Source of the DNA: Balanoglossus misakiensis
Taxonomy: Eukaryota > Animalia > Hemichordata
Assembly (NCBI GenBank): GCA_040954595.2
Contig: CM082577.2
Coordinates: 4,948,301-5,012,300, forward strand
Length of the DNA: 64,000 bases
Reading direction: 5' to 3'
Shown here: in pieces, positions 39,801-53,500 of the stretch
Layout: every line of letters begins with the position of its first letter
How positions within the stretch are numbered: position 1 is the first letter of the stretch
Position numbers and translations under genes: made by a program
The notes under the pieces: model-generated
The model's input: only the letters and a program-made list of their open reading frames with translations
Database searches by the model: none
What the model was told of the DNA's origin: nothing

Positions 39801-41458
39801 GAATGATGTGTCAACGAGGCTAATTAAAACACTAAGTGCATGTCCCAAATAGGGCCACATCTAGTCCATGCACATACATGCACATATTTATTGACTCAAA
39901 TTTTGTAGGCCAAAGGGAAGCCCCTTCCTCACCCACATCAAAATAGTCTGGCACTGGTCTGATAACATGTGTCGCCAGTGATTGTTTTGAGCTGACTTCT
40001 ACCCACTAGTAATATATAAATTGTTTAGGGGTGGACCATTTGATATCCTGGGGGGGGGGGGGGTGGAAGATTTTCAAGAGAAATAAGATTCCCAGTAAAT
40101 GTCAAGGAAGAAATCAGCAGAGTAGACTTGAGAAAAAGAAGAAGAACGCTAGGTGAAAGAAACCTGCCCAGATTAGTGTGCAAATAAAAAGTTGCCAGAA
40201 ATCGGAGAAACTAACTAGAGGATTATGTACAAAAAATATGCTACCTCATCAATCTTCCACCCCCCCCCCCCCCCAATATGTAAAATGGTCCATCCCTTAG
40301 TGTGAACCCCACCACACTGGCACTGATAAGATTTCACTGGTATATGTTGGATTTTGTTTCTGCATTCTAGTAGCCTTGTCTGGCCTTTCAGTGATAACAG
40401 TAATTGACCTTTGACCACCTGACCTTACGACCTTGAAGCGCATTAAATTCTTCCACTTTTCCAGTGTTGTGATTTTTTCAGGATTTCATGACCGCATGTT
40501 GGTCACAAGAGAAGGGAGGGGGAAGATAAAGATAAATACATTGCCTATAAGATAATAATGAAAAGTTAAGTGTAAATGCATGAAATCAATTTATTTAATC
40601 TAGTTGGTTTCTTTTCGACAAAAAAACCATACAAATCTCAGGTTAATAGAAGTATGTGTTGAGCACAAATTTTAATAGTAGGATTGTATGTAACCATCAC
40701 TGCAGAGTGCATTTGATCTATGTACACGTACACAATGTAAGTGTATGGGTTTATTATATACCACATTGACTGTGCACCTGGAATTAACAGGTGTTGTGCA
40801 AGGACACAACAACAGAAGTCACAAATGCTATATATATATTTCTAAATATCCCGGTACCATGAAACAAAATTAATCAAAAATTAGCCACATAATTTATTTT
40901 GTAACTCTCATGTGGGACCCGTATGTTTTATTCATTTGCCCTCAATAATCACTCGAGCAATTTTCATGAAAACCAATTTCAACAATCATCCAACCTTCAT
41001 CTAAAATATCATTAATGACTATTATTTTATTTAGCTGAATCATGACAGAAACATTATTCCCTAGCCCACTGCACTACAGTTTGTTCATTTCCTGTGAAGC
41101 AACACCGATTTCAATAAGTCGCACTAATTACTTTAACGATTTTGCTGTATGCCTACCAGCATTGATGAGTAATATAATGATAATTGGCTATTCAAACACA
41201 GTGGGTGTTATTCTAATAAGTTGTATTTTAATGATAAAACTGACAAATTGCAAAAAATCCTGGTGTGGTGATGTATAGAGATATACGAATTAAGTACATA
41301 CATGCCTAATTTATAGTTGGGTTGCCATGAAAACTCCTGTACAAGCTCCATTCCATAAGGAGCTAGATGATGTTGGTGATGATGATGATGGTGATGATGC
41401 TGATGCTGATGATGGTGACGACGACGACGATGATGACGACGACGACGACGACGACGAC

Positions 41459-41508
<50 letters not shown>

Positions 41509-44500
41509 GTCAGAAATGTGATACATGGACATAATTTTGTTAGTTCACTTTTAAAAATTGGTTTGCTGGTTCCCAAGGAAGTTAGTTCTCATTCAGTTTG
41601 AGCTTTTTTTCTTGATGTAGACTGGGTAGGTTTGTGTTGAAATTGATCAACATGAGCCTGTACATACATGCTGCTATTTATATCTCACACAATGTGTCAA
41701 TTCTGATTGAACTGGGAGTGCTGTGTCATTGACACTAAGTCTTTCCTGAAAAAAAAACCTGTCCACAAAATGCAGTCTCCACTTTGTGAGTCATGAGTGT
41801 AATTCAAACGGGGTAGCTGTGGAGAATATTTATACATATAAATGTTAACACTTTCATACCAAGTTTAACTGTATCGTTTTGTGGGAAAAACAAATGCTTA
41901 CACATGTGATGTTTTTAAATGTAAGTGGTGTGTATAAAGAAACATTACAGTTGGGGTATCGTGGGCGTGGAATGCTAAATCCAACATTAAAATGGTCGCT
42001 GATCACATAAATGGCAGTTGCTGTCATGCCAAGACTGAATGAAGGAGATGTATACGCTTCTGTGGTTAGATGCTAAAACTATACGATGCCTTAAACCCCC
42101 TCCACGGAATTGCTTGTTGGGAAAACACCTGGGAAATAAGGCCCATCAAATATGGAATTCTCCGCGATCCGTCGAAGGCGGAATTTCCTCCCCTGGTGCT
42201 CGCCGTCGCGTTCCTTGAAAAGCTCCGGGATATTCCTTGCAAGAGGAATGATGCGGGCAAACTCACCTGAGCGTTCCGTGCTGTTGCCGTGTTTACGGGG
42301 ACAGCAGGTTGAATACAGATGAGAATGCTTCACCGAGAGTGAATACACTCCTAACCTTTAAATTGCCTTTTTCACAATTTCTTGCAGAGAAGAATTTAAT
42401 TGCGTTTGTATTAAGCTCTTATTTTAACTGTCAAAATGCCAGAATGGACCATCTTTATTCTATTTTTGGAACAGCTGCTTTAGTCAAACCCTTCACATTA
42501 AAAAATATGCTCACTAATAGGGAGAAATTCTGCTTGCAACAGATAGCAGAATTCCATATTTGATGGGATGTGTACATATGCGTGTGTGATGTTTGGATGA
42601 AAGGGGTCAGTTTGTGTGCTGTTGTTTGTATAATTATTTGATCCCAAAACAGATTTTAATCACACAGTTACGTAATTTGTGAATCCACGCGTAAAAAAAA
42701 AATCATTCATGAATCATGATTGCTGGAATTGCGACAGTTGTTTTTATCCATCCATGAACTAATATATATGATCCAATTTAGTGAGTAATTTGTTTTCTGC
42801 GATGTTAATGTTGGATATATAGAATAGTCTGTTTTAATTATCATTGGATACGATTTGATGCAACATTTAATTGGACATCCTGCATGAGTGTTCACAGAAT
42901 TAACATAAAGATACTTGTTCCAACCATGAAAGAATTTGTAACTTCTCTTAAAAAAACAGCAATAACAAATATTCTGGTACCCCACACAAAAAATAGTGAA
43001 GCGTGATGGAACTTTACAACACTTGTTTCTACATTTGTAAAAATGACAATAAAAAGTTCAGGCTTTTAAAAAGCCGGAGATTGTGAAACAACACTTGTGT
43101 CAATCAGCCGTAGATTACATCAGATGTTTATTGTGCTTTTGCAGAATTATGCATGAATTTTTTTTATTAATATCATAAAGGGCCACAGATGCCTACAGAG
43201 ACATGTGAGGTGTCCATTGAGATATACAGCTGTAACCTTATCGGCTTTAGACACGATGCTATCATTCACGTAATACATATACGATGACTAAGTATTTACG
43301 CATAAAAAAATATTATCTGACTTTACTATCTTGTCATCATTGAGTTGATGTAAATTGAGAGTAAACCTGTAATAGGACATAAATCATGTCTGTTGTAGGT
43401 TTTAAAATATTAATTACTGGAAATAAAACAAAAATAAAAGCTTGGTGGCCTTGGCCTTTCTATTTGGATTAACAGTTTCAAAACAAATATTAGACGTGAC
43501 AAGTACTTATTGTATTTAGAGCAAACAGGAGATGTTGATATTGCAGACAGTTGTATATATGCTACCAGCATTTTGTGCAAGTTATATGTGTCCTCTAAGT
43601 ATGTGTATGTTTGGTGGATGAGAATTAAGTTTTCACTAAGGGTTTGGGTTTTGTAAGGTTTCTTTGTTGTCTTTCTTGGTCTCTGCGAAGAATGTGGCAT
43701 TGCTGAGCCAGGCGTGGACTGCTTGCGTGTACATTTCTTGTTGACCTGATTAGAATTTAAACTTTAACTTGTTTGCAGTTTTGGAGTTAGGAGAGGAGGA
43801 TTAGATCTGAAGGGAAATGGAGAGAGGGAGGGTGGGAGGCTGAGAGATAACCTTTCTAAGAGTTGCTCGGAGCAATCTTGTGAGAATGACTGTCTCAGTA
43901 GTGCAGCCCGAAGAAAGGATCTGTCCTTGTAACGAAAGATAGGTGATCACATATGTACATGTACCGGTGCATACCTGGATGTAATGATGGCTTGTTGATG
44001 TCTGGGAATACTCATTATGCTAATCATGTGTTCATGAGTCATGGGGCCAGACCAGCCTGTGGTTGAGTTGAAGAAGCTTGGTCGTATTTTAACACAACAT
44101 CTACAGTAAAAAGTAAAAAAATGATGCTTGTAATATGTATAATGTAAGCTGTAAATAACTACCATGTGAGAAAACAAACATTATGCCTATTAAAAAAGTC
44201 AAAGTGCTCATTGTTGAAAGAATATACATGTATGATGCCTGTAGTAAAGTATGATAAAAACATATTTTTCGCAACAATAAAATAGGACATGTTTAATACA
44301 AGCACTGAAACTTTTACCGTAAATCACCAGTGATGTTTTACTTGTGTATGTCGGTTGATGACAGATTTCACCTGTATATTTTATGGTTTGGGGTGAAATG
44401 AACATTGCTGCAGCTTGATGGCGTGACATAATTTAGCAATGATTTATCAGACCGATGATGCTGTATGCAGGGCACATCAGTGAACGAAGTCACACCATAA

Positions 44501-47500
44501 AAGATGTATGGAGAAGTATGGTTTCATTAGATAAGGCTGATTTGGGGATTGTTGAGTTGATCCTCTCATCGTGAGGAGAGACTCGGGTTCTGGATAAGTA
44601 CACGGGGGAGCACTTTTCATATTCTAACAGAGTATGGCCAACAGCTTCATGATTTGAAAAGGGAAAACATCACTGCAACAAGTGGTGCGTTAACTCTCCC
44701 ATCGCCCTGTCTCAACTGGCTGTTTTGTTACACCACCGAGAAGGGTTGGGACATTTGTGTGTAATTTTCAGCCTTGCCACAGAGAATCACCCACACAGTA
44801 AAACCTGTCTACTCCGAACACCAAAAGGACTGAAGTTAGTGTTCGGCTTACAGAGGTGTCCGGTTTATAGAGGTTAGTTTTACATGCGGTTCCATGTCGA
44901 AGGAACGGGAAAAGTTGTTCGGTATAGACAAGCTCCCAGATTAGAGAGGGTTCGGAAAGGTTTTACTGTATGTAAGACTGAGGATGTTAAATATCCACAG
45001 GCCCCTGTGGTACAAGCCCTGTGTATTGTCTCTCAGTTCTTTACCTTTTTTGACATCTCTGCTCGTATACAGCCATTGTTACATCCATGTACCTACCCTG
45101 TCAATTTTCTGTTCTGTATCTATTTTTAAAGTAACATTGTAAAAACTATATGGTGCATCATGAAATAACTGTTAAAAGTTAATTGTGGTAATGCTATTTT
45201 TGACACTACTGGACTTGTTATAGGCTAGTACAAGGTCACTCCATAAGTGACCCGCCCGACTTGTTCTGCAAGCACCGTGGTGCCTGTGGCTAGTACATGT
45301 ACATATAGCTCTGGAGACCCAGAAACATTTGTGTGAATACCACAGGAACAGCCCTGGAACTAACAATAATAGGCATTATTGACACGAAAGGATCTATTTC
45401 TGCTGGTACATGTTTGTAGCTAGAATGATGTGTTGTAAAAATGACACAGTCAATATTGACAGGCGATCAAGTGAACCAGTTTTCACTCTGCAATTTAACA
45501 TTTTAAAAAAAATTTATGCTAAAGCATATAAATACCAACTGGCAACTGCTTTGTGAGGGAAGGGCTGAAAATTGTGTAGTGGAAACATATCGAACGGACA
45601 CTTTTTAAACTGTAGTGCTCTTGTCAATATAACCCCTGAGTATAGTAGGATGTTTGTGGAACCTGGCTAATCAGGGTTATCAATATCGTGCTGGACAGTC
45701 CTGGAAGTAACCACTTGACAGTCCTTGAAGTCATGGAGAGAGAAAAACTAAATACTAGAAAGTAGATGCAGCTAATCCGGAACTGCTGGGAAATTGTGAC
45801 GAAATGATATTGATAAAACACAGTGCATTGCAAGTATAGAATATGGCATTTTTGACCCCACTCACTCCTAGCAAAGCACTGGGGAAAAAACTCCTGGAAT
45901 TTTGTGTGAGCTTGCAGGGTGCATCGACCCTGCTGTTTCGACGGAGGTTTGAAATTCTGGTTGGAGTACCACAGTGGCTGTACATGCATATAGAACTGAG
46001 TGTGTTCATTGCCATGATACATGTACTCTGTGATCAAATATTTATTCAGCATTCAAAGATAATTACGTGTATTATTTTTACACATTGTACGTTGTTGTTT
46101 TGCTACATCAGTGGCATTTCAGCCATGCAGTGAAATGATTAGCAAGAAAAACGTTTGATTTATTCCAAGTATAGAAGATCATTTTATCACACATTGCTTC
46201 ACACAAATTATAAACCATCAGTGAGTGGGTTTTGCAAGTCCTTCAACCTACAATTGATACGGGGTGTAGATAATTGGAAGTAATATTTTTGTTATGCTCA
46301 TGAAAGGAAAGTTTTATGGAACAGTTTTATTGTGCTATTATTTTGACAAAAGTATTAATTGAAAACATGAACATCTGTTACATGAAAGTATGGATGCTTA
46401 TGACAGATCCTATAATACGTGCTGTACTTTTAAATATAAAAGCAGCACAAATTTCATGTTTAGTCTTTATCAGCATACGTGATGCATTTGGATATTGATC
46501 GATTTATTTTGTAATTAAAGTATGTTCAAAATTCTCTGCAGCGTGGTTTAAAATTGAAATATTGTAGCATTAGATCAATATTCAGCAGAAGAAACATCAC
46601 AACATCAGAGGGTTAGAAGGCCGTGTGATTAATACTTATGATATTATCAACAGGAGACAATTTGGAGAATATGAATTACACAGCTTATCAGGGTTATCCA
46701 TGCCGTATCCCCTGAAGTCAGTGATGATTTTGTCATTCACTTGGTGCGTGTCCATCTAGGAGAATAAAATGATAATACTCTCTGATGATGTTTACGCATG
46801 CAGGCCCTTGTGGAGTTGAATCGTTGACGAGTCGCACAGTTCAAGGTTCATTGCTTCAATGGTTAAGGCAATTCATTGTAATTTATGCTGATTGTCAAGT
46901 CCTGTTGTTTATAGCCTCTCATCCATTTCTGAGATTGAAGACGTTGTTTTGTATTAGGGGACTTCATTTGCTGTATCTTATGAATTGGAAAGTGTGAAGT
47001 CATTATGCTCTGTACGTTACTATAAACAGCTAGCGTAGCTTGCATCTGAATTACTGTTATACATATTTTATAACGAATCATTCTAGTCGACCAGAATTTG
47101 ATGTTCTTCTGTGTTAGCTGTTAGTATACATTATAATTATCACTGTACAGTCCCTCCACACTATGTTTGTAGAGAAATGTGAAGTGACTAGTCTGATTAA
47201 TTTTTGCATATAACAAAGAAATAAATGACAGATAATTGCAGCTATGCGTGGATGGGACGAAGCTGTGTAGACACAGAGATAGGATGTGTTTACCTGTAGG
47301 TAAACCATTGCTGAAAAAAGCTGACTCATCATCCCCCCCCCCCCCCCCATTTCAAAAACAAGCATGGTGACTATACTATTTTATTGCAGAATTTTATTAT
47401 ACTGTACTTTAGAGGAGTACAAAATGCAGAATTCCAATGATTTCCTTGCACTTTTTGGTCAGTATGCACAAGGTTTGATATGTCAGTTAATGGTCTTTTT

Positions 47501-50500
47501 CAAACATTTTGACGTTTCCCTTTGCTGGCTCATCCATCTTACCTTTGTGCAAGTAACATATTGAATTTTAAGTAATAATTGAAACTCACGAAGAGGGTTG
47601 TACATTATTCAAATGCAATGGTGAATATGTATAGTCCATAGAAACACAATTGTAATCCATATGCTGGAGAGCGTTATTCTTTCATATGAAAAATTGCGTT
47701 CAACATGAATATGTGTACAAGTCAATACACTTTCTATTTCTATTGTGTGTCTCTCTTTACTGCTGATGGGTGTTACCATCTGGATTATGTATGTTTCCGT
47801 CGGAAACCTTCCCAGTGAAACATCATGAAATGAAACCACAAACACGATTATCCGGGGTGTTGTCAAATTGAATAGGAGTTGACCGTGACGCACACCTGCG
47901 GGAAATCGTGCAGGGCAGCTGAAAGCCTGTCATGATTAGCATGACAATGGACAGGATTAGCATGACAGTAGATGGCGATGTGACTGTTAATTCATGGCAA
48001 GTGTCAGCCCTTATGTTAATTTCACCTGGAACGAAACATTTAATCCCCCGCTACCCACATTGAGAAAAAAAAGAGTCAAGGACGTTGATGTTAATTTTTC
48101 ATCCAGTATACCTGTCTTTATTTTTTTTTTAAATTGTCCATGGTGATTGATTGCTCTCGAAATTGTAAAGGATAATTTGTTTTTGTTAAGTGGCATTTGG
48201 TTTCTAATCATATTTGAGGGGGGATTTTATTTTACGATGTCCTATTCAACCGCTCTCATCAAAATTCTTTTGAATACAGACAGATATTGAGAAAATGTTT
48301 GATGTAGTGTAATAAAAAAAGGACAAAGCTGAATAGAGTGGTGCAACCAATTAATTGCCAAGCCAATTAGTAGACACTCTGCTCAGATTTATGAAGGGGA
48401 ACATCATGATATACTGCTCAAAAGGGTCAAAGTATTTCAGAAAAAACACACACATGGGCCCCAAATGTCTCAATTGTATTTAAAAATACTAGTAATTTGT
48501 ATTCATAAGATATGCATGATAGTTTTGTGTCGTGTTTCCATTAGCTTTGAATTGGTAAAATATACTCGCAACAACACCACCAGGAGATTCTAGATCTGTA
48601 ATAAAATGACACAAATATGCATGTAGAGATGATGGATTGCTTTTTTTCTAGTCTGAGTGTTGGTAGCACACGTTTGCAGTTGAAATGGACACTATATTTA
48701 GGTTAATGATACCTATCAATTTGTATGTAGTATTACATGTATTTTTAAGCATAATAGCACAATGTGTTCTTGTAAGTACGGTACTACCAGTACACCCACT
48801 GCCACGACAAATCGAGTATACACATTTTGTTCAGAAAACACTATTTGCGTCAAAGATAACAGGTATGAAAAATATACGAAATCAATAAACTGATTATTAT
48901 AAACTTTATGTCGGACTTATGGTAAATGTCCATACAGTGGCAGACAAAACAGTCATGGAAATAATATGGTTTAGCGTCACCAGTGTTAGAAATGACCTGG
49001 CCTGGCAATTACAGGTCAATTAATGCAGCACACATTTTCCCACATTCTCTAATTGAGTAATTCATAAAAACGCAATATGTTTTATAGAGTTATAATACGA
49101 TTTCCATTTTGTTTCTTTCAGTTTGGTCTTTCAAAGGTAATGAACCATTCTATCACAATATAAGGGAACTCTCTTTCCTGTTATACAGTAAAACCTTTGT
49201 AAAAAATAATTATTGAAAGATGGTACGGTGCGGGACAATAAACATGTGCTCTGTCTTTCCTAGAAGCCCTGTATTTTAACCAGCACTGCAGTTTTGCAGT
49301 TTGGGGACAGTTTTTGCCATTATTTAATGAAAAACTTTCCCCAAGACCACTGATAAGTTAAAATTAGTCATTTTGTGCTCTTGGACATGTTTGTCATTTT
49401 TTTGTTGTTGGAAAAATCAGCCAAAACGAAGGTTGGTCTGCTTTAATTTCGTGTGAGAGGCACTTTGCTCCCTGAAATTTACCGTCAAAATTTCATTTCT
49501 TTTATAATGAAGGAAGGCACAGAATGATTTGGGTTATTATCACGAAATACGGTCGTGGATGGACTCAGGCTGTCTGATGATTTGACTTCCATATGGCTCA
49601 TCCAATAAACACGGCATGCACAGCCCTCCTCCGGGTCATATTTTGTGTATATCCCGGTATTATTGGTATGATCCAGCCCCAGGCATATCCACTGCTTCAT
49701 CAATGCATGCTGTGTGGAGAAGACATTTCTCTCGGCTGTTTCAGTCAACGTCTGAAAGTCCAAGTGAGCTACCGTATGTTGTATGTAGGTGCACAGATGA
49801 CTGGACGATGAGATGGGATGCGATCATGAAGTGTCAATAGACCATTTTCCGAACTACAGGAGATCCTGCGAGATCTTGCGTGGCCAGGCAGTTTATATGG
49901 GAGGACATTCTCACGTGACACAGCGAGGACAAACAACACGTACATGACCCATCGTGTTTATAAACGGCACAAAAGTTACTCTGTACCTATTGGAGTTTCG
50001 TAAAAAAAGCTTGACTTGCATTACTTGACCGTGGCAGCCCGTTGCTATAGTAATTAACCAAGTCTCGCGAGATCTCACAACGAGTGGAAAATCATCAATA
50101 TCAATCAGGGTGATCTTTATTTCCCACTCCTAGTAATCCAATAATCACTTGGCTGCCAGGCTAAAGCTGATTGTGAGCTTCATTAAAGAACAATTTGCCA
50201 GCAACCCGTGATATTAACCTTGGATTTTTACCTGTAAACAAAGTTTTTTATTATAGTTCTCTTCAGATTTTACTGCCTGATCAATGCAAACTGGGTTATA
50301 TCAGCATTCAACTCTTAAAGCATTGGAGTTTCAATGTGAAACACTCATTAGTGTCCAGTGGAATGTGACCTCAAAACAAAGTAATTTACCCAAAACAAAT
50401 AGAGGGTAACTAGTATCTGTCTAACTGAATGAATAATTACATGAGAAATTCTTATGATTTTAGATCATTTCATGATTTATTAGTATGTACTGCTGATTAC

Positions 50501-53500
50501 ACTGTTGATGCTGGCAAAATAAAAACTAGTATTTTTCATTGCTGATATGCAAATAGGGTCAAATAATCCTTGTTGAAAGCAGGTTAGAATAATAATAAAT
50601 TCCATCTGTTTTTATTGAATTTCCTAAATGTCACCACATTCTTCAATTACAATCATACATCATATGCACGAACAGTTTTCTTTACCCAGTTTCAGTATGA
50701 TGACACTTTACAAATGATGAATGAAACTTGGTGATGATAAATGAAACATCTGTGCTCATTATTTTGTTACCCTTCCAGATTATCTTAAGAACATATTTTG
50801 TTATTTTGATAGTTGGGAAGGGTAACAAAGTATAAATTGTCAGGATATATGGGAACCTTCAAATTTATAAAAATGACTCGGACTTGCACCAAAGATTTTA
50901 ACTTGCTTGATGCGATCTCGCTCCTCACGATGTGAACGACTGAAGAACGACCCAACATGACCTCACTTTGCATAACAATAGCTGTATAACTTGTCCAATC
51001 AGCGACTTATTTCAGGCTCCGCATCATCACTTGGGCGCCACTGTATAAGAAACGTTGGCTTCAGATGTGTTTACTAGCTCTACACCGAGGTCATTTTTTA
51101 TCATAACTAAATTTGTTCAAGTATTGTCTGTCAAATTCTGAAAAATGTATTTGTGAGTGAGTGAGTGATGTGATATTAAAATTCTTTTTGCGACAAAAAA
51201 GGCAATAAATGTAATAAGAAAACGATAATAGAAGTTCGTGATGTAGCAAACACTGAGTTGAATGACATTAATTTTGAGAAAGCAAAGGAAATGAGAAATG
51301 GAATTATATAGAATTTATACCACTGGGCAATTACAGAAGCTTCATGAAATACAAACACAACGTGAGTCCGGGCTTGAAAAAGAAAGTTATTTCAAATCTT
51401 GAAGTCGAAATGTTTCTGTTCAAACAAGCATTGTCGTGGTAGCATGAATGCGCAGCGTGTGTTGTAGTGGTTGCCATTTGGGATGTATCTTTGCTGCCCA
51501 CTGTGCTCAGCTGTAGGCAAATCCATGAGGTTGCTATCTCGGCACGACTTCGCAGTACAGCTTGGCAGGGTCTCTCTATTTATGGAAGGAGGTGTTTTTG
51601 TGTGTGAAATGGTTAAATAGAGTTGTTGCCCTGCCTAGTTGAAAACCGCGGCGGTCTGTCTATAAAGCTTAAACCTGGACAATCTCAGTGATTTCTAAGA
51701 CTGCATATTACCCAGAATGCATTAATAGTTTAGCTTCGCACCTCCGCATACGAAATCAGAGAAAAAGAACTGGAGTAGAGTAGGATTATGTACATGTAGT
51801 TAAACAGATATCTTCTTGAATTTGTAATCGCAGAGTGTGACCCTGCGAGTGCTAAAACAGTTCTGTGAATATGCAGTAATATTGGCTGTTTTTTCAGTGA
51901 CGTAGAATTTTTTGTCGGGTAGGCTTATTGTCCATCACGCATCATCAATTATCTTCCATCAACACTTCTTCCTCGGGATGACAAGCACCACTCCAGAAAT
52001 TTACGCAAGCTTTGATATTCCATTTACAAAACCCTTGGATGCATCTAACCAGATTATTTTCCCAATCGTGATAACATTTGTAATAATATTGTATTTTGAA
52101 TGGTTTTTGTTGAAAAACTTTTTTTTGAAGAATTTCATGTGTGGTCCCTTGGGATGGCTATAAGCCACTTTCAGGGTTATTTTTACCATTTGTTTGGTGA
52201 AAACACACATGCTAATTACTTAGAATTCATTGTTTCATTATGAAACTATTGACATCTTCCCTGTCCAGTGACAAGGTTATTTGCAGCATTTTACAAATTA
52301 AGTTTTGTAAAAAGATCAACATAATAAATGACAAGGAAGGAAATGAAGGTAGTGTTGTGTGACTGTCTGTCTAATTGCCAAAAAGTTGTCGGTTGACCGG
52401 TGTTCCGTGTCGTTTTCCATTTTCTTTGTTATTGTACTCAACTTTTGTACGTGTATGTCCTCTGGATGCCCATTTCTGTCTTGAAAGCTAATTTTGTACC
52501 AAGGCTATACAAGACTACCTTAGCACATTGAAAATTTCAGTTCAAATCCGTTGTTTCTATGATAGGGTTGGACTGGGGGTGAAAGAGTTAAAAGGCTGTG
52601 TGAGCAAACATTTATTGGATTAAGTGCCCTGGGTATAAAATTCGGGCATCTTCATGTCCAACTGCCATAGGTCAATATCGGTCATTGACCATCATCTGCT
52701 TGTTCTGCATCAGTGTTTTGCATTTCAGTTTGACTGAAAATAGATGCGAGACATCTGGATATATACTTCAGACAGGACCATATGTCGAAATATCCTTGTC
52801 TAATGTTCGCTTTTTGTCAGATTTGGTAAAATTTGATCTATTTTAATATTTTTTCCCTTAAAAAACTGAACCAAATTGTTTCTTCTCTTTGATTGTGGAA
52901 ATATTTTCTTTGGGATGAATATATTCAAGAATGTCTTCGATTTGGGAAAGCTGATATTTTGATCTTTCGAGCAATCCCAGGGAGAGACTATAAAATGAGC
53001 CGGCAGGTGGTTTTGTGGCATGTAAATATTCTGTGCATTGTTCTGGGGGAAAAAAATTAAGAACTGAAGTGAAGAATCATGTTACCAGTAAGATTCTGAC
53101 TTCAAGAAAGCAACAACTTTAATATCAACCTGCTCTATGTAATCCACCGCAAAGCTCTATGTTTGATTCATGAGAGATAGGCGAACAAATCCCATAATGG
53201 AAATCCATGCAGCGGATCTCGTAATGGAAGGGAAAAAAACCCCCAACCACCCACTCTCCTTCCATTCCAGCTGTTGTTGGCTGATACGGCTGCAAAATTC
53301 CCTGTACGGAATTACCCACAATGCACTCTGTATAAACATTGATCTGTGGATGCAGAATTTGAAAAAGTACAAATTTAATCGGATTACTCAGTAATGGATC
53401 ACCTTTAGATATCGGACCAGAAATCAGACATATTTCCCCATCATTGATGGATTCTGTATGGGTGCAAAAAAAAATTTCTCACCAAAAAAACATGGAAATG

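Noticed and set aside
41208-41576. Poly-His/Arg, poly-Ser and poly-Asp ORFs
   Set aside because: Translations of a GAT/GAC microsatellite in an intron.
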